A stretch of 64,000 nucleotides of DNA from Eledone cirrhosa (Eukaryota): NCBI GenBank assembly GCA_964016885.1, contig OZ024743.1:232872001-232936000 (forward strand), given 5' to 3'. Below, piece after piece: positions 1 through 12,764 of the stretch; the first letter of the stretch is position 1; each line of letters begins with the position of its first letter. Made by a program: the position numbers and the translations under genes. The notes beneath the pieces were generated by a model that ran no database searches, was not told where the DNA came from, and saw only the letters and a list, made by a program, of their open reading frames with translations.

Positions 1-119
1 AATAATCGATCGACAGAATCCGAACACCAGCCCATGCCCGTCATGACTGTTTGTGACGACTGACACAGTAAAGCGATTAGCAACTGGCACCCTATAAGAT
101 TCTAACTCTCAACTAGCCA

Positions 120-380
120 CCGATTTACAAATTTTACGTGGCGGCGGGAAGCTAAAAGAATCAATCTTTTCGTTCCCGTCAAAAGCATCGAGCCAACGTG
201 TCTCACACACAAATTATTAAGCGGTAAAATAAAATAAAACAAGGATGATCGTTTACTCCTTCATTACGTTTATTGGTTGCTGACGCGCGTTTCGCCACTG
301 ATCAGCTCAAGGTTCGATCTGTGTCGATCTAGCCCGACTCTGTAACCCGCGACTCGTCAGACCCCTTACCATGGTAATGG
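120..380. promoter_or_regulatory. Possible CpG-rich promoter / first-exon region
   Basis: Non-repetitive and CpG-rich compared with the rest of the window. Contains E2F-like GGCGGGAA (143-150), inverted CCAAT (ATTGG 272-276), TGACGCGCG (281-289) and ACCATG followed by GTAATG (368-379). Motif-level evidence only. Confidence 0.3.
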
Positions 381-399
381 AAGAATGATTATACATTTT

Positions 400-428
400 A
401 CTATATATACATTTTACATTATACATTT

Positions 429-469
<41 letters not shown>

Positions 470-540
470 GTATCTATTCAACTATTAGTTATAGCTGTCA
501 ACTATTATTAATAATTATCTGCATTATGGCGACTATACTG

Positions 541-580
<40 letters not shown>

Positions 581-790
581 ACATAGATATATATAGATAT
601 ATACTGTATATATGTGTGTGTATGCATATATGTATGTATGATATATATTTATATATATATATATATATACATATATATAAAAATACATAAACATATATAT
701 ATGTATATATATATATGTGTGTATGTATGTATGTATGTATGTATGTATGTATGTATGTATGTATGTATGTATGTATATGTATGTATAATA
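400..790. repeat. (TA)n, (CA)n and (TATG)n microsatellites
   Basis: Directly visible. Confidence 0.95.
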
Positions 791-1039
791 TGCACATACA
801 TCCATACAACTTGTTTACACCCCAAGCAACATATCTAATAATAAAGAGCAACGGTTTTCATATCTTCAGTTTTTTCCTTTACATTTCTATAAATGTATTT
901 TCTAAGTAAACCACATACATAGCCGCATGTGGCGTTGGATTTCGTTTTGATATTTACTATTACTTCTATATTTACTTGAACATAGCTCTAAAGAATATAT
1001 TACACACTAATACTGCACAAGATCATTCAGTGTATAGAC

Positions 1040-2120
1040 CTGTTGGTGTCGTGGTCTGTATTGGTACAGATGGTGATGGCTATCGGTGGTGGCGATGGTG
1101 GTGGTGGTGGTAGTGGTGATGATGGTAGTGGTGGTGTTGGTGATGGTTGTGGTGGTGGTAGTGGTGGTGGTGATGGCTATGTCGGCGGTGATGATGTTGG
1201 TTGTGGTAGTGGTATTGCTAGTGGTGGTGTCGGTAGTGGTGGTGGTGGTGGTGGTGGTGGTGGTGATGGCCACGTCAGCGGCGATGGTGGTAATGGTAGT
1301 GGTAGTGGTGGTGGTGGTAGTGGTGGTGGTGGTAGTGGTGGTGGTAATGGTGGTGTTGTGGTGTTGATGGTGGTGGTGTTGTGGTGTTGATGGTGGTGGT
1401 GGTGGTGGTGGTGGTGGTGGTGGTGGTGGTGGTGATGGCCACGTCGGCGGTGATGGTGGTTGTGGTAGTGGTAGTGGTAGTGGTCGTTGTGGTGGTGGTG
1501 GCGGTTGTGGTGGTGGTTGTAGTGGTGGTTGTGGTGGTGGTGGTGGTGGTTGTGGTGGTGATGACCACGTCGGCGGCGATGGCAGTAGTGGTTTTGGTGG
1601 TTGTGCTTGTGGTGGTAGTTGCGGTGCTGCTGGTAGGGGTGGTGGTGGATGTGGTGTTGTGGTAGAGGTGGGTTTGGTGGTGATAGTGCTGGTATTGGTT
1701 GTGGTGGTTGTGGTGGTTGTGGTTGTTGTGGTGGTAGTGGTGCTGGTGGTGGTTGTGGTGGTGGTCACGTCGGCGTCGATAGTGGTAGCGGCCACCTCGG
1801 CGGGGGCGGTGGTGGTGATGGCGGCCACTTCAGCGGTGGTGGTGGTGGTGGTGGTGGTGGAGGTGGTTGTGTTGTAGACGGCGGCGCCCGTGGAGGTGGT
1901 GGTGGTGGCAGCGGTGGTGGTTGTGATGGTGTTTGTGGCATTGTTGGTTGTGATGATATCAATGATGATGGTGATGCTGATGATGATATTGGTTATGATA
2001 CTGGCATTAGTGATGATACTGTTAACAATAATTATGATCATGATCGTGATTAGTATGATGACATTGGTGAAAAGAATGCTGATTAGGGTAATGTTGATAA
2101 TGATAATAATGATAATGACG
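1040..2120. repeat. Degenerate (GGT)n/(GAT)n tract with recurring GATGGCCACGTCGGCGG unit
   Basis: Triplet repeat with a ~20-bp unit recurring near 1172, 1265, 1434, 1560, 1763, 1790 and 1820. Confidence 0.9.
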
Positions 2121-2150
2121 ACAATAAGATTTATTAGAAGTATTATAATA

Positions 2151-2360
2151 TACTAGCAGAAAAACCACACTTTCGGTGGTTTTCTGCTATCATGTGTAGT
2201 GTGCATATTGATATTATATGCAAATATACATGCATGTAGATATGATATGTCAAATAAAATCGTAATTGACAATATGCACAGAAATTGAAGAGAGACTGTG
2301 TTATACTCTCTTCTGTAATCAGTGAATGATACATTTAAAAAAGACGATATTTCTATATAT
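2151..2360 (+). mobile_element. Dispersed repeat with terminal hairpin (possible non-autonomous Helitron/Helentron-type end), copy 1
   Basis: TAGCAGAAAAACCAC-actttcg-GTGGTTTTCTGCTA hairpin at 2154-2189. About 200 bp aligns to the reverse complement of 22910-23100. The class assignment is inference. Confidence 0.45.
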
Positions 2361-2487
2361 ATAAAACGGAAGATGTCTGTCTGTGTGTGTGTATGATACC
2401 CAACAGCGACAAAACTTCGTTCAGGAACGCGACATAAACTTTGAAAACTAAGCAACACATCTTTTTATACAACAAACATAGTCATAA

Positions 2488-2792
2488 CGCTCTCTCTGTC
2501 GCCCTTCCCTCTCTCTATAATAGATCATTCCCCCTCTCTATAATTTAACTGCTTTACTCTCTTCATGCTTTGAGGTTTAACACACCTCTCTATAGTTTCT
2601 TAGCTTTAGTCTTTCTGTTGCTCTTCCCTCTCTCTAAAATAGATTATTCCCCCTCTCTATAATTTAACTGCTTTACTCTCTCTGTCGCTCTTCACTCTCT
2701 ATATGACAACACTGTTTTACACACCTCACTATAGTTTCTTAGCTTTACTCTCTCCTTCGCTTTTCCCTCTCTCTATAATAGATTATTCCCCG
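2488..2792. repeat. Imperfect CT-rich tandem repeat (~120-140 bp units)
   Basis: CTCTCTATAATAGATyATTCCCC and ACACCTCwCTATAGTTTCTTAGCTTTA blocks recur 2-3 times. Confidence 0.7.
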
Positions 2793-2795
2793 TCA

Positions 2796-4337
2796 AAGCA
2801 TGGCGTCTGACCCTCTACCGATACTTGCTATTCTGAGTTCAAATCCCGCCGAGGTTAACTTTGCCTTTCATCCTTACGGGGTCGATAAAATAAAGTACCA
2901 GTAATACACTGGGTAATTGCTGGCCTTGTGCCAAAAGTAGAAACAATTATTTATTCAAAGTAATGTAACTTATTTTACTAATGGGATAAAAAATTATATT
3001 CGGACACAATCCCACACTCCTTTCTTTGTTATAGTTATGATTTCAAGGCGGTGGATTGGCAGTATCGATAGAGGACACCATGCTTTGCAGCAAAAAGTTA
3101 CGCCCCTTTATGGTCTGAGTTCAAATACCGTCGATGTTAATTTTGCCTTTCATCCTTACGGAGTGGATAAAATAAAGTACCAGTAATGCACTGGGATAAT
3201 TGCTAGCCTTATGCCAAAAGTAGAAACAATTATAATGTATGTCAAGAATCAACAACACTATCATATAACAACATACATTATAATTGTTTCTTCTTTTGGG
3301 ACAAGGCCAGCAATTACTCCAGTGTATTACTGGTACGATAAAATAAACTACCAGTAATACACTGGGGTAATTGCTGGCCTTGAGCCAAAAAAAGAAACAA
3401 TTACAATGTATGTTGTTGTGTGATAGTGTTGTTAATTGTTGAAATATATTAATAATCACGATGATAATAATCACGTTAGTTGGTGATATTTGTTTTGAAT
3501 TTTAAACTCACCTCGAGAGAGTTGCTGTTTTCTTATTGAAAGGACAATAGCGGTTAATCAACGTTTTTTCAACGCACAATTTTACATATGTTAAATATTA
3601 CCGTATTTGTATATTGTATTCAAGCAAACTTTGTGAATGGATATCAGTTGCCATTACCCTGCCATTATTGTTGGTGGATTGCGGTGGATTGGCAGTATCG
3701 CTAGAGGGTCGGACGCCATGATTTCCAGCATAGTTACATCCCTTTACGGTCTGAGTTCAAATCCCGCCGAGGTTAACTTTGCCTTTCATCCTTACGGGGT
3801 CGATAAAATAAAGCACCAGTAATGCACTGGGATAATTGCTAGCCTTATGCCAAAAGTAGAAACAATTATTGTTGGTCTATTGGCAGAAACGGTTGAGCGT
3901 CAGACACTGTGCTTTGAAGCATAGAGTTATGGCCCTTTACATTCTGAGTTCAAATCCCACCGAGATTAGCTTTGCCTTTCATCCTTACGGGTCGATAAAA
4001 TTATGCACCAGTAATGCACTGGGGTCGATTTAATAGACTTTCCCCTCCCCTTCAAATCGCTGGCCTTGTGCCTAAAGTAGAGACAATTATCCTTGGTGGT
4101 GTAAAGGCTTTGGATTGGCAAAGTCATTAGAGTTGCGTGTAGAAAGCTATAGAGCATTCATTCCTGTACTGTACGGTCCTAGTTCAAATTCCATCATGGT
4201 CAACTTTACATTTCATGTTTCCGGGGTCGATAGAATAATGTGCCTGTCAAGTACTGGGGTCGATATAAACGTGTTTTTCACCACCATCGCCCGCACCCTC
4301 AAAATTTCTGGCCTTGTGCCTAAATTAGAAACCATTA
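2796..4337 (+). mobile_element. Cluster of tRNA-derived SINE copies (~2832-2950, 3047-3233, 3681-3869, 3875-4090, 4110-4337)
   Basis: Shared head GGCGGTGGATTGGCAGTATCG (A-box-like), B box GAGTTCAAATCCC, conserved core GCCTTTCATCCTTACGGGGTCGATAAAATAAAGTACCAG (resembles the Meta/MESC SINE domain) and tail GGCCTTGTGCCAAAAGTAGAAACAAT. Confidence 0.85.
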
Positions 4338-4386
4338 ATATTGCGGGCATACAATAGAGTGTTTGTAGCTTCTAAAGGTGTTAATG

Positions 4387-4753
4387 GTTTATTATATAGG
4401 CACAAAGCCACCAATTTTGGGGGAGGGGGAAGTCGATTAAATCGACCCCAGTGCGTGACTGGTACTTTAATTTATCGACCCCCGTAAGGATGAAAGGCAA
4501 AGTTAACATCGGCGGGATTTGAACTCAGATCATAAAGGGCGGTAACTCTATGCTGCAAAGCATAGCGTCCGACCTTCTACCGATACTGCTAATCCACCGC
4601 TCCAGTGCGTGACTGGTACTTTATTTTATCGACCCTGTAAGGATGAAAGGCAAAGTTAAGCTCGGCGGTATTTGGACTCAGATCGTAAAGGGCCGTAAAT
4701 GTATACTGCAAAGCATGGCGTCGACCCTCTACCGATACTGCCAATCCACCGCT
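4387..4753 (-). mobile_element. Dimeric SINE of the same family with 18-bp target-site duplication
   Basis: Two tandem head/core units (4387-4600, 4601-4753) flanked by CTTCTAAAGGTGTTAATG (4369-4386) and CTTCTAAAGGTATTAATG (4754-4771). Confidence 0.85.
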
Positions 4754-5524
4754 CTTCTAAAGGTATTAATGCTATGGGTATATATGTACTTATGTAATTT
4801 TCTCGTAGTCTAGATCGTATGCATGTGGGGTTTTTTATGATGCTGTTGTAATAGCTCTAACGTAAAACATACGTGTTTATATTTTTCTTATAGTGGCAGT
4901 GAAGTTGAGACTAGATTCAACTGAGAAACAAATCGTACCCTAATATATCAAGGTGTTGTTTTCTTTTTAGTATTTTTTTTTGTTGTGTATACCTGGTCAT
5001 TGGCCGTGGCCTGGGTACAACCATCGTTCTTTCTAGTATATTGTAATTTCTTGGCCTGGCTGGGAGCCTGAATGAATTCTACAGGTGAAATGTGTGTTAT
5101 GGTGTTGGTGTTTGAGATTTTCTAACGTCTTAATGATTTAGATTCTTTTAGACAACTGTTTTGCTTTCCTTCTTCTGATCGAAAGACGTCAAAGTCATGG
5201 TGTCTGTAGAAAGTGATCATATTCTTCTTTCTGCAGGGTGCGTGTGTCTGTCTGTGTGTGTGTGTTTGGGTGTGGGAGGGCTGATTTTTTCGAAAAATGG
5301 GATATAGAGGCGTTTGTAAGAGCTGCAAGCTGGGTATAATCGTTGCAGTCATCATTGTGACGTATGGTGTGGCCGTTATTACTACTGGGTGTTTCTGTTA
5401 TGCTAAATTATTATATACATGCATATTGTGTTTTACAGTATATTTAGTGGTTTATGTTCGTCACAAATATTTCTCAATATGTATTGTGTATGTATGTATC
5501 TTTGTATATCAGGTCGCCCTCGAG

Positions 5525-5860
5525 TGGTACTGGTAACATGTAACCCAGTACAACTTGTCTCATGGTCGGGTCGTCAACGACTAAACCGGCAACCCCACCA
5601 AGCTTAATTGGTGAGGAGTGTGATATTTGGACACACTGCAGGATGAAGTACAAGACTCAGCAAAGGGTGGAGGAACTCAGCAAAGTCAACGGCCATCCAA
5701 ATAGTACTTTTTTCTTTTTCTTTTTTCACCTGGAAGTGAAAGGCCCCCAGTTGTTGTTACAACACCTTTCTAGGAGAGGGAAACTCTGAAAAAAAAACCT
5801 GCAACTTCGGAAGCATCCGATGAGGTTGACCAGTTTTCCTTTTCGGGTAGTGTTTTCGAT
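5525..5860 (+). mobile_element. Dispersed repeat, probable 5' region of an RTE-type LINE (copy 1)
   Basis: TACTGGTAACATGTAACCCAGTACAAC...GGCAACCCCACC...GGCCATCCAAA aligns to the reverse complement of 17280-17462. AGGAGAGGGAAACTCTGAA resembles RTE 5' UTRs (inference). Confidence 0.5.
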
Positions 5861-6415
5861 GCTCAGAGAGTGGGATTGGTCGAGTTCAAGACCTTTCCCC
5901 ACTTAGAAAACATTCAAAGCACAGGCATTGCTTGTTCAGGATATGTTACAGGTTTGTGTGACTGGCCGTAGCCTAAAAGTGCACCAAACTCTATAATCCT
6001 CCAAGCAATTGCAGTACTCTTAGCAGAGTTTGCAGCCATCATCCTTGTATGTATGGATGGATGGATGATTTTATATGCGCATATACTTATATATAGAGAG
6101 AGGGAAATAGACAGATAGATAAATAGACAGACAAACAGACAAACAGACAAACAGACAGATAGATATATAGAAAACTTTCTATTTATTTGCCACCAGGGCA
6201 TCAACGATTGGGACAAATACAAAAGGGGGAGTTTACATACATTTCAAGGGACGTGTAAAAACATATAACAAATCAAATTCAACAATCGAAGTCCTCCATA
6301 GGGAGGGGGCGTTGACGTGGGCCGCAGACACCCCCGAAAAAAACGTGCAACCCTCCTCCTCAGGATCACAAAGAGCGGGTGCTCCCTTCCTCACCTCCTT
6401 CCTCTCCTCTCTCAT

Positions 6416-9400
6416 CTACAGGCTGATATAGAGAGAAGGCCCATTCACTCGGGCCATTCTCGCCACTTTCACCCACCTTTCATAAAACTTGCTGGGGTAG
6501 AGCACCTCTCTCTCCATTCTGATCTTTCTTCTAAAATGGTACTTGAAAAAAAGGACCAGTTGTTGGCCGGAGAGAAAAGTGTCTGACCTCAGCCCTTTCA
6601 GCCTCGACCACCATACAATCTCTTTCGCCATAGCTATCACACAGAGGAAAACCGCCTCTCCTTCGTTTTTGAAGTGGGGAGGGGGTTTGATCGTGACAAT
6701 GTACTCGGTGGTCAACTGGATTGGTCCCACCCGCGACAGTAGTCGTTCCACATAGCCCCACAGGTCAGCAACGCCCGGGCAGTGTACGAATGCGTGCGCG
6801 ATGGTTTCCTCGTCACGCACGCATCTCGGACAGATCTTCTTCGAGGGGTCCCTACCCAGGCGCCCGTGTCTGTAGAGCTTGTCCCGAGCGGGTAGAGTTC
6901 CTCGGTAGCACTGCCAAGCCAGAGACTTTTGGAAGTTGTCCATCGGTCCCGGGCCAAACGTCCTACCGAACAGACTGGCTAGCTCGTCTTCCTCCATGCC
7001 CAGAGTCTCTCCGAGAGCGTCGTCGCACATTCAATGTGCCAGTCGCCCACTTTTCTCGGTCTTTGCTTGACCCAGGACTGCAGCTCGGTCAGTGAGACGA
7101 GTCTCGGAAAGGCTCGCCTCACAAAAGGCGCCCACACCGGCTGACTGGTGAGGAATACCTGGAGGTGCTGTAGCCTGAGCGCGTGTCTACGCATCGTCAG
7201 CCACGGCATCCCCAGCCCTCCGTTCGAAGGGTGTTGACAGCAGATGGATCTTCTCACCAAAGGGGCCCGCTTCTTCCAAAGGAATCGGAAGAGCGCGCGC
7301 TCCATTTTGGCGAGCGTTTTCGCTGGGCAAGGCACGACGGTCAAGCGGTAGTAGATGACGGACGCTATATAAGTGTTCGCCACCTCCGCTCGACCTTTAA
7401 GAGATAGTTTGCACTCGGCCCACTTCTGGGCGAGTGCAAACACCCTGCTCATTACCTCCTGTAAACTTTTCGTATTCCTCCAGTAAGGTGCCGATCTGCC
7501 CGATTTCCGAGGCGCACGACACCATTACTTTCACGTCATCGGCGTAGGCCGACACCGCTTTCCGCAATCCCGGTTCCAAGGGTATTCCCTGCAACACCCC
7601 TAACTTCCACAGTAGTGGCTCGAGAGCCAGTACATAAAGAAGGGAGGAGAGAGGGCATCCCTGTCGGATGGATCGCGCGATTTGGAACGGCTCCGAGAGG
7701 TAGCCGTTCACCTTGACCCTCGAGCAGGTGTTGCTGCTGTGCATTGCAGCAATCCAGCCCCTGAAAACAGGTCCGAAGCCTGTCGCTGCGAGCACCGCAT
7801 CCAGGTACCGATGGCCGACCCTATCGAACGCCTTAGATTGATCCAAGTTGAACAGGGCCCCGCCAAAGCCGGGTTCGTTCCCTACTCTCTCTACGATGTA
7901 TCGAATGAGGTGGAGGTTGTCATGTATGGACCTGGACGGCATTGCGCATGTCTGCGCTTCTCCCACGACGACAAGCGCCAACCTCTTCGCTAGCACCTTG
8001 GCCAAAATCTTTAACTCTGTGTTTAGCAGAGTTATGGGCCTGAAGTTATCTATGTCATCCCCCTTGTTCTCGTCCTTCCTCACCAGCGTAACAACGCCCT
8101 TGGTCACAGAACTGGGAATTCTCCCGTTCTGTTGCCAGTTGCAGTAGACTGCCTCGAGGAAATCGGAGAACAAGTCCGGCATCGCTACATAAATTTCGTA
8201 TGGTAGACCATCGAGACCGGGAGATTTGCGTTTGCCGCATAGGCTCAGGACTTCCCCTATTTCAGCGGCTGAAATTGGCCTTTCGCAGGACTTCGCCTCC
8301 CCGTCCGAGATCCGCGGCAGACCGTCGAGGTATGGACCGAAATCCATGGCCTCACCCGGCGCGCCGCCCCTCAACAGTCGTGCAAAGCGCCGTTGAAAGG
8401 CCGCGCACATCCGCTCAGGTTCAAGGATCACGCTCCATCCTGGTCCTTCAAAGACCGAATCCTGGACTTGTTTCCACTTTTTGCCTCTGTCACTAGGGCC
8501 CAGCTAACAGTTTTGGCTCCCTCGTTACCCAGAGCACGTATTTTACTCCTGACAACACAACCCTCGCGCTTCGTGTCAAAGAACTGGTCTAGGGCCGTTC
8601 TTGACGCCAGCACGCCGGCCACGTTGCCCCTCCTAATCGCCTCTTCTACTCTATCTATCAATTCCCTTTCAGTTCTATTCCTATCTGATGCTAATTCCTG
8701 ACTAAAACCTATCGATTCTATTCTAATTTCTCTCTTGAGAGAGCCCCATAACCTGTTGTTGACAATTGTCACCGTCAACCGTTGCTTAACTAGAGTGCTA
8801 ATCCGCTTACTGTAAGCTTTGTTTGTCGGTAAGAAAAAGTTTAGCTTCCAGTAACCGGGTCTTTGTCTATGGGTTCTATCAAGGTTGACCACTCCGGTCA
8901 CCAACTTGTGATCCGAATAGTCAATCATGAACATTCGTGGACAGCTTAATATGTCCCTATCCTTATTTTTAACTAGCAACCTATCTAGGTACGATCTAGA
9001 TGTTCCGCTAAGATTAGTCCACGTCCACAGTGGCACAGTCGGAAAATCTAGTCGATATCTATCGGCCAGTACAAATCGGCCGATTAACCGTTTGAGGCTG
9101 TTACACCCCCCTCTATCGGGGCATGCCCCTATATAGTCCCAACGTGCATCCAGGATACCATTCCAGTCCCCCACTAAAAGCAAGGAGCGAGACGTTCCCT
9201 GAAAAGTCTCTAGGCGTTGGAAGAAGTCCGGTCGCGGTGTCCCAGATGGGGCATACGCTGCCACCAGCCTGCAGGCTCCACTTTCACTACTGCCTACGTC
9301 TAGAACCACCAGTCGACCCTCCGGGTCCAGGTGTACCTTCCGTATTGCGAGGCCCAGGTGTTTTCGCAGCAAAACGACCATCCCGCCCCCACCCCCCGGC

Positions 9401-9588
9401 TGACAGAGAGATGCATAGATCTCAAAGTCGTCGAAGATGGGGGCCAGTTGGTGCTCGCTGCTGATCCTGGACTCGCAAATAGCTATCACATCCATTCTGT
9501 GCAACCTGAGGTCATTTAAGAGTTTGCCCTGCTTTCAGGACATCCCCAGGCCGTGCACGTTTAAATATCCAACTCTTATAACAGCCAT
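6416..9588 (-). pseudogene. LINE ORF2: APE endonuclease - reverse transcriptase - zf-RVT, at least 4 frameshifts
   Basis: Starts MAVIRVGYLNVHGL at 9588. Endonuclease motifs: ICES, YAP, VGDWN, LDR, SDH (8428-9504). RT motifs: SPGLDG, RPITLLN, LDQSKAFDRV, QGCPLS, YADD (7397-8431). C-terminal region: GGLGMP (6979-7452) and CPRC..ETIAHAFVHC (6416-7030). Confidence 0.93.
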
Positions 9589-9589
9589 G

Positions 9590-11454
9590 TTGGTGGTGAA
9601 GAATTTAGAGTGGAGAAAAAGGAAAAGACACCTACCTGTCCCTCTCCTGGGGACCAGGCTGCACAATTTCCATGGAGTGTCGGCGGGGTTGTTTGGTGGA
9701 GTGGTGGGGACATCAGTGCGGGGTGGGGTGTTTGGTGGGGGAGGAGTGTATGGGATGGTGGTGTGGAAACGTTTCAAGAGGACGCGGTTGCTAGGTCTAG
9801 TACAGGGGTTCCCCATGATCTCGGGAAAGTTCTGTTTGAGCATTGCGTAGGTGTCCCTTGGGACCCTAATCATTTTTAAATGCGGCTTAGTCGCCGCGTT
9901 GCTGAACATTTTCCCTTCGGTTTCCACCGAAGGGTCTTTGTCTATTGTTTGCACAAGTGTTTTGTTGTTTGTGTTGATGTATGCATGCTGTTTTTGTTGT
10001 GTTGTGTTTGTTTTTGTTTGTTGTTCTTGTGTGTGTTTGCGTTTTGTAGTATGTGTTATGTTTTCGGGAGGGGTGGGTTTTTTTGTTTGTGATGTTTGTT
10101 CTGTTTGTGCTGGTGGTTGTGTGTTTGTTGCATTTTTGTTAATGTGGTGCCTTCTTTTCTTTCTTTTTACAGGTTGAAAGGGTTCTCCCTCGTCGTCACT
10201 GTGTGACGTTGATAAGGGGTCCTCGTCCGTGTTGTTGGGGATGGGTATACTTTGGGGTTTTGTTGTGGTTGTTTTTGTATTTGTTTTAGGTGGGGAGGGG
10301 TTGGGTGGGACAGTGTATTGTGTTGTTATTTTTTCGTGTTGTTGTTGTGGTGGTGGTGGTGGTGGTGGTGGTGGTTGCGTTGTTGTGTGTGGTGTGGGCA
10401 GAAACGTCTTTTTTTGGGGGGGTGGCATTTAAAAGGGGACAGGAAGCCCTCAGGTGACCACTTCTTGAACAGTGGTAGCATGAAGGCCGCCTGCCCTCAA
10501 CATAAATGTTTATGAAGGCGACTCCATCCTGCGACACACGCTGCGGTATTCTTGCTATCCGTTCTGGTCTCATTTGGACCAGAACTTCAAGGCTATTGCC
10601 GCCGAATACGCCCCCGGTGGATTCGCCTATCGAAAGGATTGTGTCCTCATCTTCTAAGAATCCTGTTACCACCCACAAAATGCCCGCATTTGGCCTGATG
10701 CCCGAGATTCTTATCTTTTGAGTTCTTTTCCCCAAATATGTGGGGGAAAAGGTGTATGCTTTGGATACAATTGGCGACACAGAATATTTCCGTGCCGCCA
10801 ATTCATCTTGCATTAAAACAGATATGCTTCCATACAGTTTCCCTTTCTGTATGAAAGCGATATCCTTCCAGGCACTACTTAGGACCAGCTCAATTTCGCT
10901 TTGGGACAATTAAGCCGGTTTCCTAGTCGCGTTCGAAACTGTCCTAAAGATTAGAGTCCTGAGGACTGTGTCCCTTCTAATTTCTTCGGGGGAGGTAATT
11001 GTGAATTCCCCACCTTCCCCGAAATTTACACAATTCTTTGCTTCTTTCAGCAATTTCTTGGCATTCGAGATGTCCAGTGCCTTGTATGTCTGCGTTTCTC
11101 GGACCGCCTGTGCGAAGGGGACTGCAGTTGTGGGTCCGTTTTCTTTCGTGTTGTTATCTTGTTGTTATTCGTGCTGGCTTGCTTTTTTCCTTTGTTGGTG
11201 TTGTCATTATCACTGTTGTTGGTTGTGTTGTTATTGTCATTGTTGCTGTTGTTGGTTGTGTTGTTATTGTCATTGTTGTTCTTGTTTGTGTAATTGTAAC
11301 TTTTGGGGTTTTCACCCGTTTCCACAATTTTTTCTTTTGATTCCGTGGTGGCTTTTGCGGGAGTGATGAGGGAAGGCGTACAGCGTTGTGCTGCTACCTT
11401 CTCTTTATCAATTTCCTTAGGGGGCGTGGCATGCGTCGTATTAATGGCGTCCAT
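9590..11454 (-). pseudogene. LINE ORF1 (gag-like, CCHC zinc knuckle), split by frameshifts
   Basis: Segments 11047-11460, 10286-10909 (CYHCSRSGHLRASC = CX2CX4HX4C) and 9535-10428 (Pro/Thr-rich, VKRKKRRH basic patch). ATG at 11454. Confidence 0.8.
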
Positions 11455-11655
11455 TGTCACTAAACGACTTTTTATCGAGAACTTATAACTATTAAATTTC
11501 GCCCCAAAAAGGGGCGGAATTTATTTTACCCAACGTCTGCAGGCCCAGGCGAGGGGTTAAACACAACAAATATATTACTTAAACACACCTATCGCTTCTC
11601 GTAATAAATTCCGACAAAATGCAGGAGCGAAACAAAAACACGTCTATCTTCTCCG

Positions 11656-11810
<155 letters not shown>

Positions 11811-11949
11811 TATCTGCCTGAAGAATGGCAGTCTAGAAGAGGCACAAATCGATAAATGTGCAAATAGGTAGACTGCTTGTTTGATCAATTGATATATGTA
11901 TATGGAATACGTATGTATATGTGTGTGTGAGAGTTCGTACCGCCACCCT

Positions 11950-11953
11950 ACAT

Positions 11954-12026
<73 letters not shown>

Positions 12027-12128
12027 TGTGTGTGTGTGTGTATATATGTATTCTCAGGAGAAATAGTTTAGGTATATGAATACATACGCATACATCTGTT
12101 TATAAATATACATTTGTGTATATATATA

Positions 12129-12227
<99 letters not shown>

Positions 12228-12297
12228 CACATATATATCTACACACACACACACATATATATATATATACATATACATACATACAAATATATAACAA

Positions 12298-12378
<81 letters not shown>
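11950..12378. repeat. (TA)n/(TG)n/(CA)n microsatellite block
   Basis: Directly visible. Confidence 0.95.
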
Positions 12379-12382
<4 letters not shown>

Positions 12383-12502
12383 ATGCTTATTTGCCAATAA
12401 GAAAGACACGTACCAGTTGCTTTCACTCCAATTTATTATAAATTTAAGAATTTATAAAATTCCGGTTGGTTGGTTCCACAACCAGACGGTTGTTCATATA
12501 TT

Positions 12503-12545
12503 GTCAAAGTTCTTTCGTCACACATTCGATGACCTCTTCAGTGAC
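12503..12545 (-). ncRNA. Degenerate minimal type I hammerhead ribozyme motif
   Basis: Minus strand: GUCA-CUGAAGA-g-GUCA(ucgaaugug)UGAC-GAAA-GAAC-UU-UGAC. Stems I and II pair; stem III is reduced. Confidence 0.55.
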
Positions 12546-12764
12546 TGGGGATTCTTTTCTTTGTTTTGTGCTTCTCCTTTGTTCTGTCCTACGCCATCTT
12601 GTTTTTGTGTGTGTTGTGTGCTTAGTTTGCGCATGTTACATCTGGGTGTCTGTGTGTGTTTATATTTGTTTATTTATTTGTTTATTTACATGTTACTGGT
12701 TGGTTGTTTGTTCTATGTGTGTGTGTGTTTTCATTTTGTCCTTAATTGTAATTGTGATGTTGCT

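Larger units (their letters stand above)
6171..11655 (-). mobile_element. Near full-length L1/Tx1-clade non-LTR retrotransposon (frameshifted)
   Basis: 5' UTR, ORF1 with CCHC knuckle, ORF2 with APE endonuclease, RT and zinc finger, and a 3' UTR ending in AATAAA. Flanked on both sides by GATA-type repeats. Confidence 0.93.

Noticed and set aside
385-909. Short YI/HT/CV-rich ORFs here and at other microsatellites
   Set aside because: Translations of (TA)n, (CA)n and (TATG)n.
1007-2041. Mucin-like Thr/Pro-rich 344-aa ORF
   Set aside because: The recurring ADVAI unit falls in different frames along the tract, and triplet repeats are stop-free in several frames by construction.
2830-4753. tRNA genes (GTTCAAATCCC B boxes)
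   Set aside because: No cloverleaf; the boxes belong to SINE heads followed by SINE core and tail.
6416-11454. Active, intact LINE
   Set aside because: Multiple frameshifts in both ORFs. Some could be sequencing indels, but activity cannot be claimed from this copy.
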